A stretch of DNA of 64,000 nt from Oscillospiraceae bacterium (GTDB lineage Bacteria > Bacillota > Clostridia > Oscillospirales > JAKOTC01), in assembly GCA_035380125.1 (NCBI GenBank), contig DAOSWV010000004.1:43562-107561 (forward strand), given 5' to 3'. Made by a program: the position numbers and the translations under genes. Position 1 is the first letter of the stretch. Each line of letters opens with the position of its first letter. This document shows positions 56,446 through 64,000 of this stretch, one piece after another. The notes beneath the pieces are model-generated. The model was not told the DNA's origin, did no database searches, and saw only the letters and a list, made by a program, of their open reading frames with translations.

Positions 56446-58353
56446 ATGGCAAATCTGAGTTTGATGCATGTTTATAAGGTCTACCCCAATGGTGTAAAGG
56501 CTGTCAGCGACTTCACGATGGATATTGACGACAAGGAGTTCATCGTCTTTGTCGGGCCTTCCGGCTGCGGAAAATCCACTACATTGCGCATGATCGCCGG
56601 GCTTGAAGATATTACTGCGGGTGAGATACAAATCGGTGATTTGATCGTCAACGACGTCGAGCCGAAAGACCGCGATATCGCAATGGTCTTCCAAAATTAC
56701 GCGCTCTACCCGCACATGAGCGTCTATGAAAACATGGCGTTCGGACTGAAATTGAGGAATCTGGAAAACGAAGAGATTCATAAGCGTGTGCTTGAAGCCG
56801 CCGAAGTTCTGGGTATCACCGAATACCTTGACCGCAAGCCGCGCGCCATGTCGGGCGGCCAGCGCCAGCGTGTCGCGCTCGGGCGGGCAATTGTGCGCAA
56901 TCCGAAAGTGTTTTTGCTTGACGAGCCGCTTTCCAACCTCGACGCCAAACTGCGCACCCAGATGCGCAGCGAAATCAGCAAGCTTCACCAAAAACTTGGC
57001 ACGACCTTTATCTATGTTACCCACGATCAGACCGAGGCCATGACGCTGGGCACCCGCATCGTCGTGATGAAGGACGGCTTTATCCAGCAGATTGATACGC
57101 CGCGCAACCTCTATAATTACCCCGGCAACAAGTTCGTCGCCGGTTTTATCGGCACACCGCAGATGAACTTTTTCGAGGCCACCCTCAAACGCAAGGGCAA
57201 TATGGTTGAGATTGACCTATTCGGCACTGAGGACATTCTGAAGGTTCCGTATGCGAATTTCCTCAAAGTCAAGCCTGAATATCTGGACGGTAAAAAGGAA
57301 GTCGTACTCGGCATCCGGGCGGAAAAGGTAATCTGCGACTCGGATTATGTCGACAAACATCCGGATGCAGCCGTTCGCTGTACGGTTTCACACACCGAGG
57401 AACTCGGAGATGAGACGCTGGTATTCGGCGATCTCGCCGGGCAGACCGACAAGGTTGCGGAAACCAAAACCAGCGTCGTCTTTAAAGTGGATTCGGAGCA
57501 GGGTGTGCAGATGAAAGCCGGAGACATTGTGAAACTGGCATTTGCATTCCAGTATCTGCACTTTTTTGATAAAGAGACCGAAAAATCTATCAGCCCCCGT
57601 TTACCGGAGGTCAACGCCTTCGACGGTACAGTCGAGAATAATGTCCTAAAATTCGACGGACTGGAATTTCCGCTTCCGAAAGCATTGGAAACCAAGGACG
57701 GCGATGTTTCGGTGGAAGTTCCTACGGATTCCATTACCTTTGTAGGTACGCAGAAAGTCACCTGTGTTAAGCGGGAGATGATTTCCGGAACCGATCTGCT
57801 GCATCTTCAGAGTGCAGAGCGAGTCTTCTTTGCCAAAGCCGACCGTGACATCGAGCCCGGTGAATTGGAGATCGGACTGGATATGAAGCGCATAGCAATC
57901 TCGAGAGACGGCAGACCCTTGCATAAACCGCTGGAGTTGAAAAACGTCCTCTATGGTGCGGTTAACCGGAAAGTGCTGAAAAAGCCGGTTGAAGAACACG
58001 GCAAAATCATTAAAAAGAAGGTCGTCGAATTCACGCTGACCATCGCCAACGGTGAATATGAAATTACCGATGAGATGCTAAAGCGGTTGGTCACGGGCGG
58101 CGGCATGAACGTATTCAAGAAAAAACTGCGATTCGAATTTTCACCGTATGCGGTAAAGGCAGGGGAGGGTTCGATTTCGGGTAGTGTGGAAAAAACGTTG
58201 GATTACGGTAGCGAACAGTTTGCCGTCGTCAAAATCGGCGACGCGCAAATCACAGCTAAAACGAATACAGAAATCTCAGGAGATATCCATCTGGATATTG
58301 ACCTCAAATCCCTGGTCATTATTGATGACAAGGTCGATATGATTATCGCATAA
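56446..58353 (+). CDS. MsmX/MalK-type sugar ABC ATPase with a ~255-aa additional C-terminal region
   Basis: The start is taken at MANLSL (ATG 56446). Walker [24 protein letters not shown] and [10 protein letters not shown] are present. The canonical MalK-like part ends near aa 380 of 635. Confidence 0.85.
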   Translation: MANLSLMHVYKVYPNGVKAVSDFTMDIDDKEFIVFVGPSGCGKSTTLRMIAGLEDITAGEIQIGDLIVNDVEPKDRDIAMVFQNYALYPHMSVYENMAFGLKLRNLENEEIHKRVLEAAEVLGITEYLDRKPRAMSGGQRQRVALGRAIVRNPKVFLLDEPLSNLDAKLRTQMRSEISKLHQKLGTTFIYVTHDQTEAMTLGTRIVVMKDGFIQQIDTPRNLYNYPGNKFVAGFIGTPQMNFFEATLKRKGNMVEIDLFGTEDILKVPYANFLKVKPEYLDGKKEVVLGIRAEKVICDSDYVDKHPDAAVRCTVSHTEELGDETLVFGDLAGQTDKVAETKTSVVFKVDSEQGVQMKAGDIVKLAFAFQYLHFFDKETEKSISPRLPEVNAFDGTVENNVLKFDGLEFPLPKALETKDGDVSVEVPTDSITFVGTQKVTCVKREMISGTDLLHLQSAERVFFAKADRDIEPGELEIGLDMKRIAISRDGRPLHKPLELKNVLYGAVNRKVLKKPVEEHGKIIKKKVVEFTLTIANGEYEITDEMLKRLVTGGGMNVFKKKLRFEFSPYAVKAGEGSISGSVEKTLDYGSEQFAVVKIGDAQITAKTNTEISGDIHLDIDLKSLVIIDDKVDMIIA

Positions 58354-58370
58354 CCGGCATGATGCCGGTT
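58352..58370 (+). terminator. short hairpin directly after the ATPase stop; weak terminator candidate
   Basis: AACCGGCA-tga-TGCCGGTT followed by TCAT. Confidence 0.35.
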
Positions 58371-58447
58371 TCATACGCGTCATAAAATCTGCGTATCGAA
58401 AGCCGCATAGCGCGTGTTTCTGACCTCAGTGTATGTTTGATACGTAG

Positions 58448-58469
58448 GGAGCGGCGCCCTCGTCGCTCC
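58448..58469. repeat. REP-like hairpin, inverted copy of the element at 26598-26618
   Basis: TAGGGAGCG-N10-CGCTCCGTC. Its reverse complement shares GACGGAGCG...CGCTCCCTA with the def-fmt copy. Confidence 0.6.
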
Positions 58470-58573
58470 GTCAACATATTCAAATTTTTATTTGCCAGCG
58501 TTTATCATGGAGTCGGAATACCCGATGACCTGAAGAGGCGTAAATGAAGTAAACCGGACGAAAAAGTATAAAA

Positions 58574-58606
58574 CCGCCGCCCGATGAAAATCGGGCGGCG
58601 GATTTT
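58574..58606. terminator. bidirectional terminator (downstream of the URO-D family gene on the minus strand)
   Basis: 11-bp stem CCGCCGCCCGA/TCGGGCGGCGG, with AAAA 5' and ATTTT 3'. Confidence 0.7.
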
Positions 58607-58630
58607 AATATGTTATTTCAAGATGACTTC

Positions 58631-59590
58631 TTAATACGCGCGATTCTTCACACAGCAGTCGACGTAATATTCCACGGTTTCCGGGGTGATGTCCAATGCC
58701 TGATAATCGGGATAGACCTCATACAGCAGGCCGCCGTTAAAGCTGCCCAGTTTCTCTTTTAACGCGATGACTTCCTTCAAAATGGTCTCTTTATCTCCTG
58801 TTGGCAGCGTACGCTGCAGATCGGCGGTTGTGGAAAAACATAACCGCCCTCCGGCGTTTTTAGAGAGCCAGTCGACGCCGTATACGGTCGGCTGGTGCAG
58901 CTCGATCACGTCGAGACCGCATTCGATAAGATCGTTGATAATATCATTGTTTTTGCCGCAGCTGTGCATATATGTAATCAGTCCGAGGGATTTGGCTGTC
59001 TGAAACATACGGGTATACCAGGGCTTAAAGAGTTCACGCCACAGATCAGGTGCGATCATCAAACGATCTTGAAGGCCCCAGTCGTCGCCGCCCCAAAGAG
59101 CGTCAACGCCGCATTTGGCGTATTCCTTGATCATTTCGCACTGAAAATCGACGATCTTGTCACCGAGGGATTGAATCGCCTCACGCTCGTTATAGAGATA
59201 GTCGAAAAGATCTTCCATGCCCACCAGATAATGCATCCGTTCAAATAAATAATTGGCCATGGAACCGAAGACAAATAAGTCTTGCTTTTTCAGATCATCA
59301 ACGCGTTCTTTCACGCCCTGAAAACGGACGTCGAGCGCGAGCGGGGGGGCCTTGAAGTCCAATATGGCCTGAACGGAACTCAATGGGTGCTCGGTGACCT
59401 GTCCGATGGTCTTGTCGCCTTCGAGTTTTGTAAAATGGTAAAGCCATTCGCCCGGAGCAGCGGCTTTGTAGCCGACGCACATGCAGTCGCCCATGCTCTT
59501 ATACGGCTCGGGGCAGTATCCCGTATTCAAAGGCACCCACTCCGGTTTGTTGAATTGAATTGCCCGGAAAAAATTCTCCCGCCTGGTCAT
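58631..59590 (-). CDS. uroporphyrinogen decarboxylase (URO-D) family protein
   Basis: 319 aa. LWGGDDWGLQDRLMIAP...YMHSCGKNNDIINDLIECGLDVIELHQP matches the URO-D/MtaA-like fold pattern. Confidence 0.7.
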   Translation of the reverse strand: MTRRENFFRAIQFNKPEWVPLNTGYCPEPYKSMGDCMCVGYKAAAPGEWLYHFTKLEGDKTIGQVTEHPLSSVQAILDFKAPPLALDVRFQGVKERVDDLKKQDLFVFGSMANYLFERMHYLVGMEDLFDYLYNEREAIQSLGDKIVDFQCEMIKEYAKCGVDALWGGDDWGLQDRLMIAPDLWRELFKPWYTRMFQTAKSLGLITYMHSCGKNNDIINDLIECGLDVIELHQPTVYGVDWLSKNAGGRLCFSTTADLQRTLPTGDKETILKEVIALKEKLGSFNGGLLYEVYPDYQALDITPETVEYYVDCCVKNRAY

Positions 59591-59854
59591 AACAATAACT
59601 CCTTTTTATAAAAAGATTATCAAAATTTGGGATCGCGATATGCCCATTATACAAATTCACAGTTGTTTTGTAAATCCTAAAATACAAAATATTAAATAAA
59701 AATTTTTGTCTAAAGGAAATACTTGATTATAAGTGTCCGCATACTTAAGTACTCTTGAGCGGTAGCCACTGGGCGGTTACAAATTCCTCGGCCGGAGAAT
59801 ATCTTTTTGTGGGAGAAAGCATAAATAAACTAAAGCACTCACAATCTTACGAGT

Positions 59855-60170
59855 GATTTTTGGAGGGTTAGGTCGGTAAACCGATTTCCCGAGAGATCGA
59901 CAAGTTCGATTCTCTGAATTTCTAAAAAAACAAAAGAACACCCTAAAGGAGTCCTTTCATTTTTGGAGGGCACCAGGGAATCGGTGAACCGATTCTCTGA
60001 GAGATCGAAAAGTCCGATTCTCTGTATTTCTAAAAACGAAAGAGCACCCCTTCGGGTACCCTTCCATTTTTGGAGGGCACCAGGGAATCGGTGAACCGAT
60101 TCTCTGAGAGATCGAAAAGTCCATTCTCTGTATTTCTAAAAACAAAAGAGCACCCATTCGGGTACTCTTC
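59855..60170. repeat. three tandem ~103-107-bp units, each a tRNA-3'-end-like segment plus two hairpins plus a terminator-like hairpin
   Basis: Units lie at about 59855-59957 (degenerate), 59958-60064 and 60065-60170. The last two differ by 3 substitutions and one 1-nt indel. Each starts CATTTTTGGAGGGCACCA, like the tRNA-Cys 3' flank CATTTTTGGAGGCACCA at 60171. Confidence 0.9.
60137..60169 (-). terminator. intrinsic terminator of the tRNA operon; this is the terminal hairpin of repeat unit 3
   Basis: On the minus strand, AAGAGTACCC-gaat-GGGTGCTCTT is followed by TTGTTTTT, 7 nt after the CCA of tRNA-Cys. Confidence 0.55.
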
Positions 60171-60176
60171 CATTTT

Positions 60177-60251
60177 TGGAGGCACCACCGAGAATCGAAC
60201 TCGGGAATAGAGGTTTTGCAGACCTCTGCCTTACCGCTTGGCTATGGTGCC
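60177..60251 (-). tRNA. tRNA-Cys (GCA), CCA encoded
   Basis: Manual fold: acceptor GGCACCA/TGGTGCC, anticodon arm GAGGT-CTGCAAA-ACCTC, T arm CCGAG-TTCGATT-CTCGG. Confidence 0.9.
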
Positions 60252-60262
60252 GGGGATGAATG

Positions 60263-60290
60263 CGAGGGTGTATATTTTTATACACCCTCG
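60263..60290. other. perfect 12-bp hairpin in the tRNA-Gly/tRNA-Cys spacer
   Basis: CGAGGGTGTATA-tttt-TATACACCCTCG. On the minus strand it follows CCA-AAAAA of tRNA-Gly. On the plus strand it is followed by T6. Confidence 0.8.
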
Positions 60291-60295
60291 TTTTT

Positions 60296-60371
60296 TGGAG
60301 CGGATGACGAGGCTCGAACTCGCTACCTCAACCTTGGCAAGGTTGCGCTCTACCGGATGAGCTACATCCGC
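60296..60371 (-). tRNA. tRNA-Gly (GCC), CCA encoded
   Basis: Acceptor GCGGATG/CATCCGC and anticodon arm CAACC-TTGCCAA-GGTTG. Confidence 0.9.
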
Positions 60372-60463
60372 AAATTTGCGTCGCTGGAGACGCTTTGGGT
60401 TAGTCCGCGTCGGCAGAAGAATCGCGGTGCAGGGAAGGTGGTGTTGGGACGGCGCGGGGTAAA

Positions 60464-60539
60464 TGGTGCCTCCGGTCGGAATTGAACCAACGACACGGGG
60501 ATTTTCAGTCCCCTGCTCTACCAACTGAGCTACAGAGGC
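60464..60539 (-). tRNA. tRNA-Phe (GAA), CCA encoded
   Basis: Acceptor GCCTCTG/CGGAGGC, anticodon arm GGGGA-CTGAAAA-TCCCC, T loop GGTTCAATTCC. Confidence 0.9.
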
Positions 60540-60542
60540 AAG

Positions 60543-60619
60543 TGGCGACTCGGAAGGGGGTCGAACCCTCGACCTCTAGCGTGACAGGCTAGCGTTCTAA
60601 CCAACTGAACTACCGAGCC
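60543..60619 (-). tRNA. tRNA-Asp (GTC), CCA encoded
   Basis: Acceptor GGCTCGG/CCGAGTC, anticodon arm CTAGC-CTGTCAC-GCTAG, T loop GGTTCGACCCC. Confidence 0.9.
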
Positions 60620-60622
60620 ATT

Positions 60623-60698
60623 TGGTGGGAACAACAGGGCTCGAACCTGTGACCCCCTGCTTGTAAGGCAGATGCTCTCCCAGCTGAGCTATGCTCCC
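60623..60698 (-). tRNA. tRNA-Val (TAC), CCA encoded
   Basis: Acceptor GGGAGCA/TGTTCCC, anticodon arm TCTGC-CTTACAA-GCAGG, T loop GGTTCGAGCCC. Confidence 0.9.
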
Positions 60699-60742
60699 CC
60701 ACGCGTCCCGGAGAACCTCTCTGCCAGCCGGCGACGGATAAC

Positions 60743-60772
60743 ATAATAACACAATTCGAAGGGTATTGTCAA
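60743..60772 (-). promoter_or_regulatory. sigma-A-type promoter of the tRNA operon
   Basis: On the minus strand: TTGACA (60772-60767), an 18-nt spacer, then TATTAT (60748-60743) preceded by TGTGT. It lies about 45 nt upstream of tRNA-Val. Confidence 0.5.
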
Positions 60773-60807
60773 TACCAAAAACCAGTTTTTTTAGATTTTT
60801 TCCGCCT

Positions 60808-62475
60808 TTAAAATAATCCGCTTATAAGACCGTTTTGATCGATGTCGATAGTGCTTGCGGCCGGCACTTTGGGCAATCCGGGCATGGTCATAATATCACC
60901 CGTGAGTGCCACGACAAAGCCCGCGCCGGTGCAAAGACGCAGATTGCGCACCGTCAGCTTAAAGTTTCTCGGCCGTCCGAGTTTCTTGGGATCATCGCTG
61001 AGTGAATATTGGGTCTTGGCGATGCAGACGGGCAATTTGTCCAGCCCGAGGGCCTGAATTTCATTCAGACGTTTTAAAGCCATATCCTCAAACACAACTT
61101 CATTCGCACCGTAAATTTCCCGGGCAATACGTTCGATCTTTTCGGTGACCGTCATTTTATCGGTGCAGAGCGGTTTGAAATTTCCCCCCATATCTGCTGC
61201 TGCCGCGACTTTTTCAGCAAGATATACGGCGCCTTTCCCGCCCTCCGAAAAGCCGTCACTGACCGCGCAGTCGGCGCCGTATCGTTCAGCAATTTGCAGG
61301 ATGGCGGTGATTTCCTCGGGAGTATCGGTCGGGAAGCGGTTGACGGCGACAACGACCGGAAGCCCGTATTTTTTAATATTTTCAATGTGGGCAGCGAGGT
61401 TTACACTGCCTTTTTCGACTGCGGCTGCGTTTTCAATACCGAGTTTGGCTTTTGCAATGCCTGCGTTGTATTTTAATGCGCGCACTGTGGCGACCAGCAC
61501 GACCGCAGACGGCGTCAAACCGGCGGCGCGGCATTTGATATCAAAAAACTTCTGCGCGCCCAGATCGGCGCCGAATCCGGCCTCCGTGATGCAGTAATCG
61601 GCCAGTTTCAACCCGAGTTTTGTCGCTCTGACAGAGTTGCAGCCGTGGGCAATATTGGCGAACGGGCCGCCGTGCATCAGGCAGGGCGTACCCTCAAGGG
61701 TTTGAACAAGGTTGGGATTGACCGCATCTTTAAGGAGTGTCGCCATTGCACCCTGTGCGTTCAGCTGACGGCAGAAGACCGCATTCCCTTCGAGGTCGTA
61801 ACCCACAAGAATATCACCGAGTCGCTTTTTGAGATTGGCGATGTCCGTGCAGAGGCAAAGTGCCGCCATAACCTCGGAAGCCGCGGTGATGTTAAAGCTG
61901 TCGGAGCGCATAAAGCCGTTGGCTTTGCCGCCGATGCCGACAATGATTTCGCGCAGCGCACGGTCGTTCATGTCCATGCAGCGGCTGAAGTAAATACGCC
62001 TTGTATCGAGACGCAGGGCATTGCCATGGTTGATATGATTATCGATTACGGCGCACAGCAGGTTATTGGCAGCTGTGACTGCGTGGATATCGCCTGTAAA
62101 ATGGAGGTTGATGTCCTCCATCGGAATCACCTGGGAATAACCGCCGCCCGCAGCGCCGCCTTTGATGCCGAACACCGGTCCGAGAGACGGTTCGCGCAGT
62201 GCGATAATGGCATTCTTTCCGATCTGTCTCATCGCTTGTCCGAGTGCGACGGTGGTTGTGGTCTTGCCCTCTCCCGCAGGGGTGGGGTTGATCGCGGTGA
62301 CCAAAATCAATTTTCCGTCGGGGCGGTCTGCGGTTCGTTCAAAAGCCGATTGCGTGATTTTTGCCTTATATTTTCCGTAGGGTTCGAGTTCGTCGGACGG
62401 AATCCCGAGTTTATCGGCGATTTCGGCAATCGGCAGTGACTTGGCTGCTTGGGCGATTTCGATGTCGGAAAGCAT
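60808..62475 (-). CDS. fhs: formate--tetrahydrofolate ligase
   Basis: 555 aa with SDIEIAQ, TAINPTPAGEGKTTTTVAL and DGFSEGGKGA, the typical FTHFS blocks. Confidence 0.95.
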   Translation of the reverse strand: MLSDIEIAQAAKSLPIAEIADKLGIPSDELEPYGKYKAKITQSAFERTADRPDGKLILVTAINPTPAGEGKTTTTVALGQAMRQIGKNAIIALREPSLGPVFGIKGGAAGGGYSQVIPMEDINLHFTGDIHAVTAANNLLCAVIDNHINHGNALRLDTRRIYFSRCMDMNDRALREIIVGIGGKANGFMRSDSFNITAASEVMAALCLCTDIANLKKRLGDILVGYDLEGNAVFCRQLNAQGAMATLLKDAVNPNLVQTLEGTPCLMHGGPFANIAHGCNSVRATKLGLKLADYCITEAGFGADLGAQKFFDIKCRAAGLTPSAVVLVATVRALKYNAGIAKAKLGIENAAAVEKGSVNLAAHIENIKKYGLPVVVAVNRFPTDTPEEITAILQIAERYGADCAVSDGFSEGGKGAVYLAEKVAAAADMGGNFKPLCTDKMTVTEKIERIAREIYGANEVVFEDMALKRLNEIQALGLDKLPVCIAKTQYSLSDDPKKLGRPRNFKLTVRNLRLCTGAGFVVALTGDIMTMPGLPKVPAASTIDIDQNGLISGLF

Positions 62476-62484
62476 TCAATAACC

Positions 62485-64000
62485 TCAAATCTTTGAAAAT
62501 TTATAATCGACGGCAAAGGTCGTATCAACGGCATTACGGCGGGCCATGATGCCCCAGCGGAAGTGTTTGCCGGTCTGGGCATAGCCTTTAAAGAGATAGA
62601 ACTTTGTGTCTTTTTGGCCCTTGAGCGTGATATCAACCCGCTTGTCGGGCAGTTTGTAGGAAAACTTGATATCGCCGTCACTCTCATAACACTTCAATTC
62701 CTGCAGTGTGTCGTAGAGTTTTTCGGTAAACGGCGGGACTTCTTTCGCCTCAAAATTGAATTCCGGCTCGCCCAGGCAGTGGAAGAAATAATCATAGGTG
62801 TGCGGCTTGCCGTCTTTTCCGGTACAGGTGAAGTTGTCATGCAGGGTGTTATTGTCGAGCTTCAGGTCACGGATATAGTCGACACCGGGATAGGCGTCTT
62901 CGCTGAGCGCTTTGATATGTGCAGTATCTTTATCGTATTCAAGCAGCTTGCCTTTATTCTTTTTCGGGATATTGACTTTATCGGTCGCGACGGTGCAGTG
63001 TGAAAGCGTGCCTTGCTGCCAATTAAACAGGAACGAGCCATAGCCGTTGGTCGAGAGATCATAACAGACCGATTCGCCGAACGCGGAAATTTCGATGTTC
63101 ATGATATCGAAATGCGAATGCGAGGCGATGATCAGACCGTATTTAAAGAACACCTCGAGATCCTTATCGCGCAGCATGGCAAAATCCGTGTCTTCCCAGA
63201 GCCGGGTTTCGAGCTTTTCGCGTGGATATTTGTCGTAGTCCGAAGGGTTGATGCCGAATAACAGCCGGGGCAGATCGCCGCCGCGGGATGGACTCGGGAC
63301 GCCGTTATGATCGAGCAGCGGAGAGCGGTCGTCATACATCATCGTCGCGGCCCACTTGATCATCGGATGATCGAAACTGGCTGAGGCAACGTCATATTGT
63401 CCGGCAAAGTTAGCCATGGAGATGAACGGCCAGCCGTCGTTGGGATTGGGCAGCATACAGTTTTTGAATGCCATCTGCGCCGGCATAACGTACATCTTTT
63501 CAATAATCTTAGCGAGTTTGTCGATGCAGTCGGCCTGATAGCCGGACGACTTGGCAAAATAGATCAGATCGGTCATCGGAGCAATGCAGTAGAAGTGATA
63601 ATGCACCGAACCCTCATACCAGAAATAATCCTTGGTGATGCCCAACGCGACCTGATTGATCAGGCCGAATTCGCTTTCGAAGGCGTATTCAATAAGATCG
63701 GGCTGTTTATAGAAAATGCCGATGGTCGCAATGGCGCACAGATCCCATACCGGAATATTATTAATGTAATAGCAGAACGGCTTGAGAAAATGTCCTTCCG
63801 GAATAAAGAATTTTTCACCCAGTTCGGTGACAAAGCCCTCATCCAGTTCATCGCCGAGAATCATCATCGCGGTCAAAAGAGAGATCACACACCCGTCATC
63901 GGAAAGGTGCTGGCCGTTGATTCGGCCTAAGTACATCGGATGGACAACCCATACCTGCAGTTTCTGATAATTTTCGAGGTAGAATGTAAGAACTTTTTTA
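62485..64000 (-). CDS. heparinase II/III-like (polysaccharide lyase-type) protein; 5' end outside the window
   Basis: The frame stays open upstream of M63936 to the window edge (...KKVLTFYLENYQKLQVWVVHPM). HSHFDIMNIEISAFGESVCYDLSTNGYG resembles the heparinase II/III C-terminal motif H-x-H-x-D...G...D-x-G. Confidence 0.6.
   Translation of the reverse strand, partial: KKVLTFYLENYQKLQVWVVHPMYLGRINGQHLSDDGCVISLLTAMMILGDELDEGFVTELGEKFFIPEGHFLKPFCYYINNIPVWDLCAIATIGIFYKQPDLIEYAFESEFGLINQVALGITKDYFWYEGSVHYHFYCIAPMTDLIYFAKSSGYQADCIDKLAKIIEKMYVMPAQMAFKNCMLPNPNDGWPFISMANFAGQYDVASASFDHPMIKWAATMMYDDRSPLLDHNGVPSPSRGGDLPRLLFGINPSDYDKYPREKLETRLWEDTDFAMLRDKDLEVFFKYGLIIASHSHFDIMNIEISAFGESVCYDLSTNGYGSFLFNWQQGTLSHCTVATDKVNIPKKNKGKLLEYDKDTAHIKALSEDAYPGVDYIRDLKLDNNTLHDNFTCTGKDGKPHTYDYFFHCLGEPEFNFEAKEVPPFTEKLYDTLQELKCYESDGDIKFSYKLPDKRVDITLKGQKDTKFYLFKGYAQTGKHFRWGIMARRNAVDTTFAVDYKFSKI

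Noticed and set aside
59957-60157. 66-aa minus-strand ORF inside the tandem repeat units
   Set aside because: The ORF exists only because two near-identical units lack stops in that frame. There is no RBS, and the periodic sequence is better explained as RNA/DNA structure.
59855-60170. Possible CRISPR array (regularly spaced repeats)
   Set aside because: The whole ~107-bp unit is repeated, so there are no unique spacers. No cas genes are present, and the units are homologous to the adjacent tRNA 3' flank.
60216-60524. ORFs of 89 and 97 aa overlapping the tRNA genes
   Set aside because: They overlap four manually folded tRNAs with encoded CCA ends, so they are not coding.

Overview
This is a 64-kb chromosomal window that looks like a spore-forming anaerobic Firmicute of class Clostridia. 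The taxonomic call is an inference from gene content: spo0A, remA, fhs, murF-ddl, and cohesin/dockerin modules. No database search was run, so every family assignment rests on motifs read from the ORF translations.

Contents from left to right:
- A GH78-like rhamnosidase 3' end.
- glpK followed by a tightly coupled four-gene block of antibiotic-modifying-type enzymes: an APH(3')-like kinase, an ANT(6)-like nucleotidyltransferase, a second APH-family kinase, and an HExxH-domain/SAM-methyltransferase fusion.
- An MFS transporter plus an unknown 661-aa enzyme.
- A DUF4405-like membrane protein with a Cys cluster and a Ser-rich tail.
- Tandem M55 peptidase paralogs.
- A tlpA-ccdA-trxA thiol-redox group.
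- ddl, a membrane-anchored murF-like ligase and an alpha/beta hydrolase.
- A three-subunit biotin transcarboxylase (12S-like, 1.3S BCCP, 5S-like).
- The housekeeping run remA-gmk-rpoZ-priA-def-fmt.
- A three-gene cohesin/cohesin/dockerin module. It comprises a small anchored cohesin protein, a 1,951-aa repeat adhesin with an N-terminal cohesin, and a dockerin-tagged papain-family protease with LRRs. I rate this the most interesting system in the window.
- An ABC exporter plus an unknown 596-aa protein.
- A MacB/FtsX-type ABC transporter with an embedded 673-aa multi-beta-sandwich surface protein.
- An XRE/zeta-toxin-like pair whose toxin has no canonical start codon.
- spo0A with upstream 0A boxes.
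- A transglutaminase-like lipoprotein.
- A LacI-regulated GH53 galactan-utilisation ABC locus whose ATPase has a roughly 255-aa extra C-terminus.
- A URO-D family gene.
- A five-tRNA operon (Val-Asp-Phe-Gly-Cys) followed by three tandem ~107-bp units resembling a tRNA 3' end plus terminator.
- fhs, and a heparinase II/III-like gene running off the right edge.

No CRISPR array, rRNA, transposase or integrase was seen.
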